Shown here piece after piece: positions 48,083 to 56,915 of a stretch of 64,000 nt of DNA. Source of the stretch: Silicimonas sp. (lineage in GTDB: Bacteria > Pseudomonadota > Alphaproteobacteria > Rhodobacterales > Rhodobacteraceae); assembly GCA_022820365.1 (NCBI GenBank), contig JAJEFO010000115.1:4634-68633 (forward strand), read 5' to 3'. Within the stretch, counting starts at the first letter, position 1. Each line of letters opens with the position of its first letter. Under the pieces are notes generated by a model. The model saw nothing but the letters and a program-made list of their open reading frames with translations. It was not told the DNA's origin and made no database searches. The translations under genes and the position numbers were made by a program.

Positions 48083-49651
48083 TCAGCGCCGCCAGCGGAT
48101 GTCACCAAGAATCTCCCGTGCAGCATTGTGCCCAGGCACGGCCGAAACCGCCCCCCCCGGATGCGTCGACGCCCCGCACTGGTAAAGGCCCTGAATCGGA
48201 GAGCGGTAGTCGGCATAGCGCGGCACCGGTCTCATGAAGAACAGCTGATCGAGCGTCAGTTCCCCATGCTGGCTATTGCCGCCAGGCAAGTTAATGTCGG
48301 CTTCTATGTCCTTGGGCGTGATCAGTTTATGGTCGATGACGCTGTCCGAAAATCCTGGCGCGTAGCGATCCATGACCGCAAACGCATTCTTTATCAGTTG
48401 CGGCCCCTCGCGTTCCCAATCCGAGTTGCGCAGCTCATAAGGTGTCACGCCTCCCTGGAAGATTACCACGTGCTTGCCCTCGGGCGCGAGCGTCGGATCC
48501 GTGTAGCTTGGCACGTTGGGACTCAGGAACGGTTCCTGACTGTACCAGCCGAATTTCGCGTCGTGAAACGCGCGCTCCAGGAATTCCGGCGTTGGGCAGA
48601 TGTGGCAATAGGCAGGATATTCCACTCCGGTTCTTTCTTGAGAGAACCCCTTGTACCGAGGAAGCCGGTCAACCGCGCATAGCAGCTTGAAACTCATTCC
48701 TCGAGATCGGAAGCCCTTGATGTCATCGACGAAGTCCTCGGGCAAATGCGCTTCGTCGACCATGTCGAGGAACGTCCGCTTGACGTTGGCATTGGACACG
48801 ATGCGCGCTGCCTCAATCTCCTCGCCAGAGCGCAAGCGCACTCCGCAAGCCCTGCCGTCCCGGATCAGCACCTCCTCCACCCAGGCGTCGCAACGCACGA
48901 CCATCCCGTGCGCCTCTCCGCTGGCTTTCAGCGCATCCGCGATCGCCCCCATCCCGCCCTTGCAGAACGACATGCCCGTTTGCCCGATCAGGTGGGTGAC
49001 CAGATAGAACGCCGTCCCAGGACTGAACGGCCCGACATTTCCGCCGATCGTCGCCCAGAACATGAACTTGGCCTTGACGAGGTCGTTTTCGAACCACCGG
49101 CTGACGTAGTCATGGGCACTCATCGACAGTGCCCGAACCAGGTTATATGTCTCCTTCTCCGCATTGCGATACCGCCAGGCAAATCGCGCGGTCTTCCAGA
49201 GTCCGATGGGATCCTTGCGGAAGGGGTTGACCGGAGTCTCGAGTTGCAGCCGACGCAGAACCTCGATCGTTGACTGCAGCCGCTCGAAGAACTTCGGGTA
49301 GCTCTCGGCATCTTGGGCAGAGAACCGCGCGATCTGTTCGCGGGTCTTTACGGGATCCTTGGAAAAGACGATCCCGTCATCCTCTGTCGGGTTGAAGACG
49401 TTGGGTTGCGGGTAGTATTCCAACCCGTACTTTTTCAGTTCCAGTTCCTCAATCACCTTCGGATGCATCTGGCCGAAAATGAAGGAATAGGTCGAGGCCC
49501 GGAATCCCGGAGAAAACTCTTCCGTGACACTCGCTCCGCCCACGTAAGGCTTCTGCTCCAGCACCAGGACCTTCTTCCCTGCTCGCGCCAGATAGGCCCC
49601 GCAAGTCAACCCGTTATGGCCGGCGCCGATGATGATGGCATCGTAGCTCAT
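48083..49651 (-). CDS. NAD(P)/FAD-dependent oxidoreductase, phytoene-desaturase (CrtI)-like family
   Basis: MSYDAIIIGAGHNGLTCGAYLARAGKKVLVLE dinucleotide fold. The start at ATG 49651 overlaps the crotonase TGA (ATGA). The upstream 222 codons of ORF 48083..50317 overlap that gene in another frame. Confidence 0.8.
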   Translation of the reverse strand: MSYDAIIIGAGHNGLTCGAYLARAGKKVLVLEQKPYVGGASVTEEFSPGFRASTYSFIFGQMHPKVIEELELKKYGLEYYPQPNVFNPTEDDGIVFSKDPVKTREQIARFSAQDAESYPKFFERLQSTIEVLRRLQLETPVNPFRKDPIGLWKTARFAWRYRNAEKETYNLVRALSMSAHDYVSRWFENDLVKAKFMFWATIGGNVGPFSPGTAFYLVTHLIGQTGMSFCKGGMGAIADALKASGEAHGMVVRCDAWVEEVLIRDGRACGVRLRSGEEIEAARIVSNANVKRTFLDMVDEAHLPEDFVDDIKGFRSRGMSFKLLCAVDRLPRYKGFSQERTGVEYPAYCHICPTPEFLERAFHDAKFGWYSQEPFLSPNVPSYTDPTLAPEGKHVVIFQGGVTPYELRNSDWEREGPQLIKNAFAVMDRYAPGFSDSVIDHKLITPKDIEADINLPGGNSQHGELTLDQLFFMRPVPRYADYRSPIQGLYQCGASTHPGGAVSAVPGHNAAREILGDIRWRR

Positions 49652-50436
49652 TTGCCTTTGAATTCCGGCTTGCGCTTCTCGACAAACGCGCGAAGCCCCT
49701 CTTTCCGGTCTTTGGAGAACATCAGGAGTGCTGACAGATCGCCTCCTTCGGCCAACGCCTCGTCGAAGTTCTGCCTGCCGGCGCGATTGATCGCCTGCTT
49801 GATGGCCATTACCGAGAGCGGAGCCGACGCGGCAATCTCTTCCGCGATCTCGATTGCCCTGGCCACGGCCTCTCCAGCCGGCGTCACATGGTTGAGGATG
49901 CCCAGCGCCAATGCCTCCCCCGCCTCGATCCGTCGCCCGGTATAGGCCAGTTCCCTCGCCTTGCGTTCCCCGACCGCGCGGGTCAGCGACCAGGCTCCGC
50001 CGAGGATCGGGAAGAGCCCAAGCTTCGCTTCGGTCAACCCCAGACTGGCTGTCTCGGAGCCCACGATGAAATCGCAGCGCAGCGCAACTTCGAGCCCGCC
50101 TCCGAGGGCATGACCCTCCACTGCCGCGATCACGGGCTTTGTGAAGCGCGAGAGGAAGCGCATGAATTCGTGCCAAATGCCTTGAGTGTGGCGATGGCGG
50201 TATTTCTCGAACGCGTCCATGCCCGCCGCCGCCGTGTCCTTGACGTCGCCACCTGCGCAGAAGGCTTGTTCGTCCCCCGTCAGCACGACAACTGCAATCG
50301 ACCTGTCCTGCTCCCAAGCTTCCATCGCCGCGCGGATTTCCAACAGCATTGCGTCAGTCAACGCATTGCGCGCCTCTGGTCGGTTGAACCGAATGACGCC
50401 TGCCGCGCCCCGGGTCGCGGTCAGGATCTCAGACAT
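49648..50436 (-). CDS. Enoyl-CoA hydratase/isomerase (crotonase) family protein
   Basis: FCAGGDVK and AVEGHALGGGLEVAL oxyanion-hole motifs, 262 aa. Confidence 0.85.
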   Translation of the reverse strand: MSEILTATRGAAGVIRFNRPEARNALTDAMLLEIRAAMEAWEQDRSIAVVVLTGDEQAFCAGGDVKDTAAAGMDAFEKYRHRHTQGIWHEFMRFLSRFTKPVIAAVEGHALGGGLEVALRCDFIVGSETASLGLTEAKLGLFPILGGAWSLTRAVGERKARELAYTGRRIEAGEALALGILNHVTPAGEAVARAIEIAEEIAASAPLSVMAIKQAINRAGRQNFDEALAEGGDLSALLMFSKDRKEGLRAFVEKRKPEFKGK

Positions 50437-50629
50437 GCCCGCTTCCGCGCAAACTCACCGGATTGCCCGCCACGGCGTAGTCGCCGTCCTGGACCTCGTT
50501 TATGTAGACCCGCACCTGCCGAGGGTCCGCCTCCAGCACGTCTACAACCGCGTCCGTCAGCCGCGACATGAGCTCTTGCTTCACTTCGGATTGTCGACCT
50601 TCGATGATTGTCACGCTCACTATTGCCAT
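50429..50629 (-). CDS. 4-oxalocrotonate tautomerase-family protein with Ala in place of the canonical Pro1
   Basis: MAIVSVTIIEGRQSEVKQELMSRLTDAVVDVLEADPRQVRVYINEV.. aligns with the MPIxxIxxxEGRS.. pattern. The SD aggag lies 7 nt upstream of the ATG at 50629. The second codon is GCA (Ala). Confidence 0.7.
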   Translation of the reverse strand: MAIVSVTIIEGRQSEVKQELMSRLTDAVVDVLEADPRQVRVYINEVQDGDYAVAGNPVSLRGSGHV

Positions 50630-50708
50630 TTCCCGGCTCCTCTCGGCGGGCAAGGGAATCCTGGACCTTTCCGGCAAAGCCCTTCGAACCAAATCGTTCC
50701 CGGAGTCA

Positions 50709-51473
50709 TCAATGGATCACCCCACCGCCATCGACCCCAAGCGACTGACCGGTAACAAACCCTGCCTGATCGCTGAGGAAAAACGCACACGGTCCGACCA
50801 GGTCTTCCGGCATCTGGTTCCGTGCCAGCGACCGGCCGGCCGCAATCTCAGACGCGCGCTCCTCAATGCCTTCGCGAGCAAGCACGCCTTCGCTCATCGT
50901 CAGGCCTGGCGCGACGGTGTTGACCCGGATGTTCTTCGACCCAAGTTCGCGGATCAGGGATCGGGTCATCGCCAGCACCGCGCCCTTTGACGCATCGTAG
51001 TGCAGCATCCCGGGAAACCCATGAAAGATCCGATTCGTCGCGATCATCACGATTGATCCACCGCCCGCACGCACCATTGCCGGGACCGCCGCGCGGGAAC
51101 AAAGCCAGGGACCTTTCACGTTGACCGCCATTACCTTGTCCCAAAGCTCGGGCTCGATCTCGTCCTGCGTGGCAATCGGAAGCGTCGCGAACAGTGCCGC
51201 GTTGTTGACCAGTCCGTCCACTCCGCCAAAAGCCTTCTCCGCCGCGACCACCATTCGCTCGCAATCGGCGAGCTCCGTCACGTCCGCTTTCACGCCCAGG
51301 GCCTCTCCGCCCTGGTCCCGAACCCGCTGCGCGGCCGGTTCAGGATCCGCGACATCGGTCAGCACGACCTTTGCGCCCATTCCAGAAAACCCTTCCGCCA
51401 GCACCGCGCCAATTCCCTGGGCCGCGCCGGTCACGATGATGCGCTTGCCATTGAGAAGTCTACCCATGTGCAA
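50709..51473 (-). CDS. Short-chain dehydrogenase/reductase
   Basis: TGAAQGIGAV, NNAA, YDASKGAV. Confidence 0.85.
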   Translation of the reverse strand: MHMGRLLNGKRIIVTGAAQGIGAVLAEGFSGMGAKVVLTDVADPEPAAQRVRDQGGEALGVKADVTELADCERMVVAAEKAFGGVDGLVNNAALFATLPIATQDEIEPELWDKVMAVNVKGPWLCSRAAVPAMVRAGGGSIVMIATNRIFHGFPGMLHYDASKGAVLAMTRSLIRELGSKNIRVNTVAPGLTMSEGVLAREGIEERASEIAAGRSLARNQMPEDLVGPCAFFLSDQAGFVTGQSLGVDGGGVIH

Positions 51474-52878
51474 TCACCGTTGTCTTGGTCTGCGTGTAGT
51501 TCATCCATGAATGCATGCCCCCCTCGCGTCCGACGCCCGACGCCTTGTAGCCACCGAAGGGCGCGTTCAATTCACGCTGGAAGATTGAATTCACCATCAT
51601 CGTTCCTGCGCGCACCGCCTTCGAGACGCGCATTGCTCGTCCAACGTCCTGCGTCCAGATGTAGCCCGCGAGACCATGCTCACTGTCGTTGGCCAGCGCT
51701 ATTGCTTCTGCCTCGTCGAAAAAGGTCTTGAACGCGGCAACGGGCCCGAAGACCTCTTCCCGCCAAAGCGCACAATCGGTCGAAGCAACCTCCACTGCCC
51801 CAGGCGTGATAAAGAAGCCCTCGCCATGGACTTCCCCGCCAAAGATCCTCTCGCCGTTCGAAGCATCGTAATATGAGGCCACTCGGTCACGGTGCGCTCT
51901 CGAGATCATCGGACCCACGATTATTCCGTCGTCGCGTGGATTGCCCACCTTGAGGCCTTGTGCGGCGCTGGCAAATGCATCCCGGAACTCCTCCGCAATG
52001 CGCTCATGAACCAGCACGCGTGTGCCGTTCAGGCATGCTTCGCCATTGTTGCCGTAGGCCGACATCACGGCGCCGCGGACGGCCGCGGGGATATCTGCAT
52101 CGTCAAAGACAATTGTTGCCGACTTGCCGCCAAGCTCGGTCACGCAAGGCAAGTGCCGTCGCGCCGCTGCCTCCGCGACCGCAGCACCGCCAATGTGCCC
52201 GCCTGTGAAGGAGATCATGTCGATGCCCGGCGCATCGGCAAGCGCCGCCCCCACAGTCGACCCGCTGCCGTTCACGACATTCAGGGCACCGTCCGGCAAT
52301 CCGGCTCCGTTGATCAGTTCCGCCAGCCGTTGAGTGACCATGGGAGTCATCTCCGACGGCTTCCAGACCACTGAATTTCCCGCCGCGAGCGCGGGCGCGA
52401 CCTTCACGGTCGAGAGCGCAACCGGTACGTTCCAGGGCGTGAACATCGCACAGACGCCAATCGGTTCCTGTTCGACAATCGTGGTTGCGCCTGCCGTCTG
52501 GCCGTGAACCTGCCCCGCAACGGTAGTCATGAAATCCGAAAAATAGTCGAACCAGGCTGCGCCGATGCCAAGCTGGCCGCGTACGGCGGCCGGGATGATC
52601 CCGGCCTCTGCCACCTGCAGCTCCACGATCTCGTCCGACGCTGCGCGGATCGCGGACGCGGCTCTGCGCAGCACCGCCTGCCGCTCAGCAATCGGTGCAA
52701 GTGACCACTCGCCTGCCTCGAAGGCGCGCTTCGCAGCTTCGACCGCCTCGCCGACCTGGCTTTCGCTCGCTTCGCTAAGCGTGGCGATAACATTGCCTGT
52801 CGATGGATCAAGGTCGTCGATCGACGTGCCTGCGCCGGCAACATTCCGACCATCGATGAAGTTCAGAATCTCCGTCAT
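51460..52878 (-). CDS. NAD(P)-dependent aldehyde dehydrogenase
   Basis: 472 aa with VTELGGKSA and the catalytic Cys region NNGEACLNGTR. Confidence 0.85.
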   Translation of the reverse strand: MTEILNFIDGRNVAGAGTSIDDLDPSTGNVIATLSEASESQVGEAVEAAKRAFEAGEWSLAPIAERQAVLRRAASAIRAASDEIVELQVAEAGIIPAAVRGQLGIGAAWFDYFSDFMTTVAGQVHGQTAGATTIVEQEPIGVCAMFTPWNVPVALSTVKVAPALAAGNSVVWKPSEMTPMVTQRLAELINGAGLPDGALNVVNGSGSTVGAALADAPGIDMISFTGGHIGGAAVAEAAARRHLPCVTELGGKSATIVFDDADIPAAVRGAVMSAYGNNGEACLNGTRVLVHERIAEEFRDAFASAAQGLKVGNPRDDGIIVGPMISRAHRDRVASYYDASNGERIFGGEVHGEGFFITPGAVEVASTDCALWREEVFGPVAAFKTFFDEAEAIALANDSEHGLAGYIWTQDVGRAMRVSKAVRAGTMMVNSIFQRELNAPFGGYKASGVGREGGMHSWMNYTQTKTTVIAHG

Positions 52879-52881
52879 GCC

Positions 52882-54948
52882 TCAACCTCTCGATACTGCC
52901 AAATCGACGCCAACCGCGCCCTTTTCCATCACGATCAAGGGATTGATTTCCAGCGAAGGCAACTCCGGCGCGGCTTCGGACAGGCGCAGCACGACGTCCA
53001 CCAACGCCGCACGGTCCACGGCGGGGTTGCCGCGCCAGCCGCCAAGCATCCGCGCCGCCCGCGTCGCATCAATTATCGCTTCGGCATCCTGGCGCTCGAT
53101 CGGCGTCTTGCGATAGCTGAGATCCTCGTGCAGCTCGCACATCGTCCCTCCTGAACCTGCAAAGACCAGCGGGCCAAAGTTCGGATCCTGCCTGACGCCG
53201 ATCAGCATCTCCACCCCGTTCAGCATCTCCTGAGCGATGATTGAGAGCCCGGGGTGAGCCGCCTCATGTTCGGCAGCGCGAGCGGCAAGTGAGGCAAAGG
53301 CCCGCCGGACCGCCCCTTCGTCCGAAAGACCTGTCGCAACGCCTGCAAGTTCGGTTCGATGCTGCAGGCTGGGCGCCGAGAGCTTCATCGCGATTTGCCC
53401 GTGCTCGCGCAGCGCTTCCAGGGCATCTTCGACGGAAGTCACCGGAACCTCTTCCGCCAACGCAATGCCGGCGCCGGCCAATGCAGCCCGAGCATCTGCC
53501 GCGCGCGCGCTTGCCGCCACAGGGGCGCTCTCCACCTTGGCAAATGCGCGCCCGGCCCTCACCAGCTTTGCGATCGCCAGGGTCGCCACGGTCGGGTCGT
53601 CAAAGACTGCGACGCCGGCCTGCACCAGCTCTTTCCGGTCATCGTCGTGAAAGTTTCCCGCAATCGCCACCAGCTGGTCCGAATTTCCGTTAGGCAGGTC
53701 GAGAAGCTGGGGCATGATGTCTCCGCGCGTGCGCGGCACCAGCGGAACGTGGCTGATATAGCCCACCACCACCGGCTGGCCACGCTCGGTTCCCCATTTC
53801 AGGTGACCGCCGGTTATGGCCATGTTGCTCATCGACGGAGCGGAAATGTCGATCGGGTTGCGATCGTTGACATAAGGGTTCGCTTCCTTCAGCTCCGCTA
53901 GGGCCGCTTCCGGGTAGTCAGGCAGTTCCAGCCCGGCCGAGGCCGCCGCATCGGAGATCATCACTGCACCGCCACCCGAAACCGACACCGCCGCGACCTT
54001 GTTCGAGGTCGGAACCACGCCCGCGTTGCAGGCCGCTGCCAGATCAATGAGTTCATTGATCGACCGCGCACGCAGCACGCCGTATTGCGCAAATACGTCT
54101 TCGACCAGTTGATCCTCAACATACATCGCCGCGGTGTGTCCCGCTGCCGCGACTCCGCCTAGAGGCGTCGTGCCCACCTTGAGAATCGCCACGGGCTTCC
54201 CGGCTGCCCGGGCCAGTTCCAGCGCCTGGATGAGCTTCAGCCCGCGACCGGCATCTTCCATGTAGACGGCGATGGTCTTTGTGGCGTCATCCGTCGCGTA
54301 GTAGGCAATTGCATCGGCCACATCGATATCGGCCTGGTTGCCGGTGGAAATCCAGTTCGCCAGCCCCAAGCCTCGATCACGCAACTGTGCAAACATCTGG
54401 ATGCCTACAGCGCCCGACTGGCTTGCCACCGACAATGTCCCAACCTCGGGCCAGCCGTTGCCGTTGTGATGTTCCGGCGCGGAGGAGAAACTCGCCACGA
54501 ATCCCGAGGCCAGCGACATGACACCCATGCAGTTCGGACCGATCATTCGCATCCCGTGCGCTCGCACGATATCCAGAAGCTCCTGTTGCTGCGCCGCGCC
54601 CGCATCCCCGGCTTCCGCGAATTGCGCACCGTAGACGATGGCGACCTTCACGCCCTTCTCGCCTGCCGCGACCAGGCTTTCCTTCACCTGGGCTGCCGGC
54701 ACCGCGATCACCGCGATGTCCGGCGCTTCCGGCAAGTCAGCGACCGAGGCGAAGGCTGGAACACCCTGTACCACGTCGCTGTTCGCATTGACGGGATAGA
54801 GGCGTCCCTTGTAGCCCCGCTCGAGGCAGAACTTCAGCGCCCGCCCGCCGAACTTCATCGGATTGGTCGAGGCTCCGACGATTGTCGCGCTTGCGGGTGC
54901 GAAGCACATTGCGAGCTTTGCCGCCTCGGAACGGTCAAGCTCGATCAT
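52882..54948 (-). CDS. NDP-forming acyl-CoA synthetase (CoA-binding + ATP-grasp; PauA/FerA/ADP-forming ACS type)
   Basis: N-terminal CoA-binding region IVGASTNPMKFGGRAL, a succinyl-CoA-synthetase-like middle domain and a C-terminal ATP-grasp domain. The start at ATG 54948 overlaps the upstream TGA (ATGA). Confidence 0.75.
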   Translation of the reverse strand: MIELDRSEAAKLAMCFAPASATIVGASTNPMKFGGRALKFCLERGYKGRLYPVNANSDVVQGVPAFASVADLPEAPDIAVIAVPAAQVKESLVAAGEKGVKVAIVYGAQFAEAGDAGAAQQQELLDIVRAHGMRMIGPNCMGVMSLASGFVASFSSAPEHHNGNGWPEVGTLSVASQSGAVGIQMFAQLRDRGLGLANWISTGNQADIDVADAIAYYATDDATKTIAVYMEDAGRGLKLIQALELARAAGKPVAILKVGTTPLGGVAAAGHTAAMYVEDQLVEDVFAQYGVLRARSINELIDLAAACNAGVVPTSNKVAAVSVSGGGAVMISDAAASAGLELPDYPEAALAELKEANPYVNDRNPIDISAPSMSNMAITGGHLKWGTERGQPVVVGYISHVPLVPRTRGDIMPQLLDLPNGNSDQLVAIAGNFHDDDRKELVQAGVAVFDDPTVATLAIAKLVRAGRAFAKVESAPVAASARAADARAALAGAGIALAEEVPVTSVEDALEALREHGQIAMKLSAPSLQHRTELAGVATGLSDEGAVRRAFASLAARAAEHEAAHPGLSIIAQEMLNGVEMLIGVRQDPNFGPLVFAGSGGTMCELHEDLSYRKTPIERQDAEAIIDATRAARMLGGWRGNPAVDRAALVDVVLRLSEAAPELPSLEINPLIVMEKGAVGVDLAVSRG

Positions 54949-56351
54949 GCCGCCTTCCGCGTGACCGAAAAAGCCTCGTTCACGAACCAAAGGCCGCCGT
55001 GTTCCCGAAGCACGTTTTCCGTAACCTCCAGGTATTTCTGCCCCTCGTGAATGGCTTCCTGCGCAAGCTCTTCTCGCACCTGCGCAAAGTAGACGGCATT
55101 GTTGAACGCCGCCGACAGGGACTGCGTGCCGAGATTCTGCCCTTCGATCACGGGAAGCGTGTGCATGTCGAACCGGAAGAGCGCGTGGGTGTCGGTCAAT
55201 CCGGAGACCGAAAACTCTTCGCCGGCCAGTGCCTTCCGGAGTTCCCGGATCACGTCGTAACGACTGATCATTGGCGCCTGATCGGGCCAGAGGCGCGAGA
55301 TGATTTCATGTGCCGGGTCCTGCCCAAGTCCCTGAATCACCGTCATGCGACCCCCGTTCGCCAGCCTGTCGAAGACCGGCCGCAGCACATGGTCCAGACG
55401 GAACGTCATCGTGTGGCTGTGCAGGTACGGGTGGTTCAGCAACGCATAGTTGTAGCGCAGGTTCTCATCGCCCGGCTTGGGAAGGATGTGCTTCAACGCG
55501 TTCGCACGATCCGCCCTGTACACCGTTACGACGGAGGGCACCGCGTAAACCGGCTGCGAGTTCGCGCCCTGATGGATCAGCCACTCTCGGCCGAGTTCAC
55601 CGTAGAGATCCGCCACCTGCCTTTGAAAGTCGTATGTCCGGATTCCGCTCAGAGCTACATCCCGCCAGACTACATCCTCCGGGCTGTCGTCGGAACGCTT
55701 GGTCAGGTCCACGGCCTCACGCAGATACATGTTGGTCATCGCAAAGGCTGACAGCGGGTGTTCCGCCAACCGGTCGACAAGGCGCCCCATGGTGTTGCGC
55801 AAGTCCTCAAGCCCACGCCCCTTCATTGCCACCAGCACCGGTACCTCCGGGTGCAGCGCGTGGAGAGCGCGAAGCGTTCGGGTCAGGATGATGCCGTTGT
55901 CCATGGGCGTGTAGAGCAGCCGAAAGCCATCGCGACCAGGAGAGATGTCGGCCAGTTCCGATGACACGCGGTCTGCGACGACCCAGCTTTCATTGGTAGT
56001 GTTGGCAAAGATATGAAACCTCTGCCGCTGTTCGTGAAATGCAAAGCTCCCCGGCGTCCGCACCGAACTTTCTCGGGAGATCAGCTCGGCCATTTTCTCC
56101 GCGTTGGAGTCGGACTTTTTTCGCCTAGGGCGTCCGCGCAACACGATTTCGCCGCGTTCGACCCGTGCCATGAAGTCATGCATCCGCCGCGAGGTCTCTT
56201 CCTCGATCCAGCTTCCGCTGGCAATCCGGCTGACGAGCTTGCCGTCATTGACCGCATGTCGCCCGAACGTGCTTTCCGCAATTCCGTGCCGGTCACAAAA
56301 TTCGCGCACCTCTTCCACAAGCGCGGCGATATCCTTTTCGATGGCCACCAA
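54945..56351 (-). CDS. Uncharacterised 468-aa protein (HTH-like N-terminus, possible methyltransferase-fold C-terminal half)
   Basis: A long ORF with good codon bias, tightly coupled on both sides. I recognise no family signature. The N-terminus IAESTFGRHAVNDGKLVSRIASG looks HTH-like. The C-terminal VFDRLANGGRMTVIQ resembles the post-motif region of class I methyltransferases, but I see no GxGxG motif. Confidence 0.6.
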   Translation of the reverse strand: MVAIEKDIAALVEEVREFCDRHGIAESTFGRHAVNDGKLVSRIASGSWIEEETSRRMHDFMARVERGEIVLRGRPRRKKSDSNAEKMAELISRESSVRTPGSFAFHEQRQRFHIFANTTNESWVVADRVSSELADISPGRDGFRLLYTPMDNGIILTRTLRALHALHPEVPVLVAMKGRGLEDLRNTMGRLVDRLAEHPLSAFAMTNMYLREAVDLTKRSDDSPEDVVWRDVALSGIRTYDFQRQVADLYGELGREWLIHQGANSQPVYAVPSVVTVYRADRANALKHILPKPGDENLRYNYALLNHPYLHSHTMTFRLDHVLRPVFDRLANGGRMTVIQGLGQDPAHEIISRLWPDQAPMISRYDVIRELRKALAGEEFSVSGLTDTHALFRFDMHTLPVIEGQNLGTQSLSAAFNNAVYFAQVREELAQEAIHEGQKYLEVTENVLREHGGLWFVNEAFSVTRKAA

Positions 56352-56355
56352 TCCC

Positions 56356-56832
56356 CTAGTCCCCGATCATGAAGATTCCCTCGACTTCCACCGGTTGCCG
56401 CTCCGCCAGAGTGGCCACCCCGATCGAAGAGCGGGCATGGCAGCCGATCTCAGGTCCGAAGACCTCGTAGAACAGGTCGCTTGCGCCGTTCAATACCACG
56501 TTCGGCTTTTCGAAATCCGGGTGAGTATTGACCATGCCCAAGATCTTCACGACCTTTTCCACCCGGTCCAGGTCGCGCACGTGATGCTTGATCGTCGCAA
56601 TCATCTTCACTGCCAACGCTCGCATGGTCGCACAGGCTTCCTCCGGTGTGACGTCCACGTCAACCTTGCCCCGCCGCACGACGCTGTCGTCCTCCAGCAG
56701 GGCCGCTCCATGGCCTGAAACATACAGCATCGGTCCCACCTGCACGGCGGAAGTCCTGTTCGGGCTTGGCAGCACCAACGGCGCGGGCAGCTCGATTCCC
56801 ATCTCGGCAAGCTTCCTGTCGATTCGACCCAT
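56356..56832 (-). CDS. RidA/YjgF-family protein
   Basis: ..AVQVGPMLYVSGHG.. ..ARSSIGVATLAERQPVEVEGIF.. The start is at ATG 56832 (SD ggagga). The ORF-track extension to 56970 is not supported. Confidence 0.8.
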   Translation of the reverse strand: MGRIDRKLAEMGIELPAPLVLPSPNRTSAVQVGPMLYVSGHGAALLEDDSVVRRGKVDVDVTPEEACATMRALAVKMIATIKHHVRDLDRVEKVVKILGMVNTHPDFEKPNVVLNGASDLFYEVFGPEIGCHARSSIGVATLAERQPVEVEGIFMIGD

Positions 56833-56865
56833 CTTTCCTCCAAGAGCAATATTTTCCTTGCACCC

Positions 56866-56886
56866 TGCCCATTTCCTGCCCACTAG
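56866..56886 (+). promoter_or_regulatory. Tandem direct repeat TGCCCATT-tcc-TGCCCACTAG (site A)
   Basis: Sits in the centre of the 83-bp divergent intergenic region, 33 nt from the RidA ATG and 29 nt from the O-demethylase ATG. It has the same sequence, phase and orientation as sites B and C. Confidence 0.5.
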
Positions 56887-56915
56887 TAAAGGACAAAGAA
56901 ACGGGAGAACCACGG

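Noticed and set aside
49652-50317. N-terminal extension of ORF 48083..50317. Analogous ORF-track extensions are 6862-7065, 21713-21877, 33119-33262, 56833-56970, 56766-56915 and 57445-58284.
   Set aside because: Each extension overlaps the neighbouring gene in another frame and lacks homology. Internal ATGs with SD sequences, or with ATGA/GTGA coupling, give family-typical N-termini.
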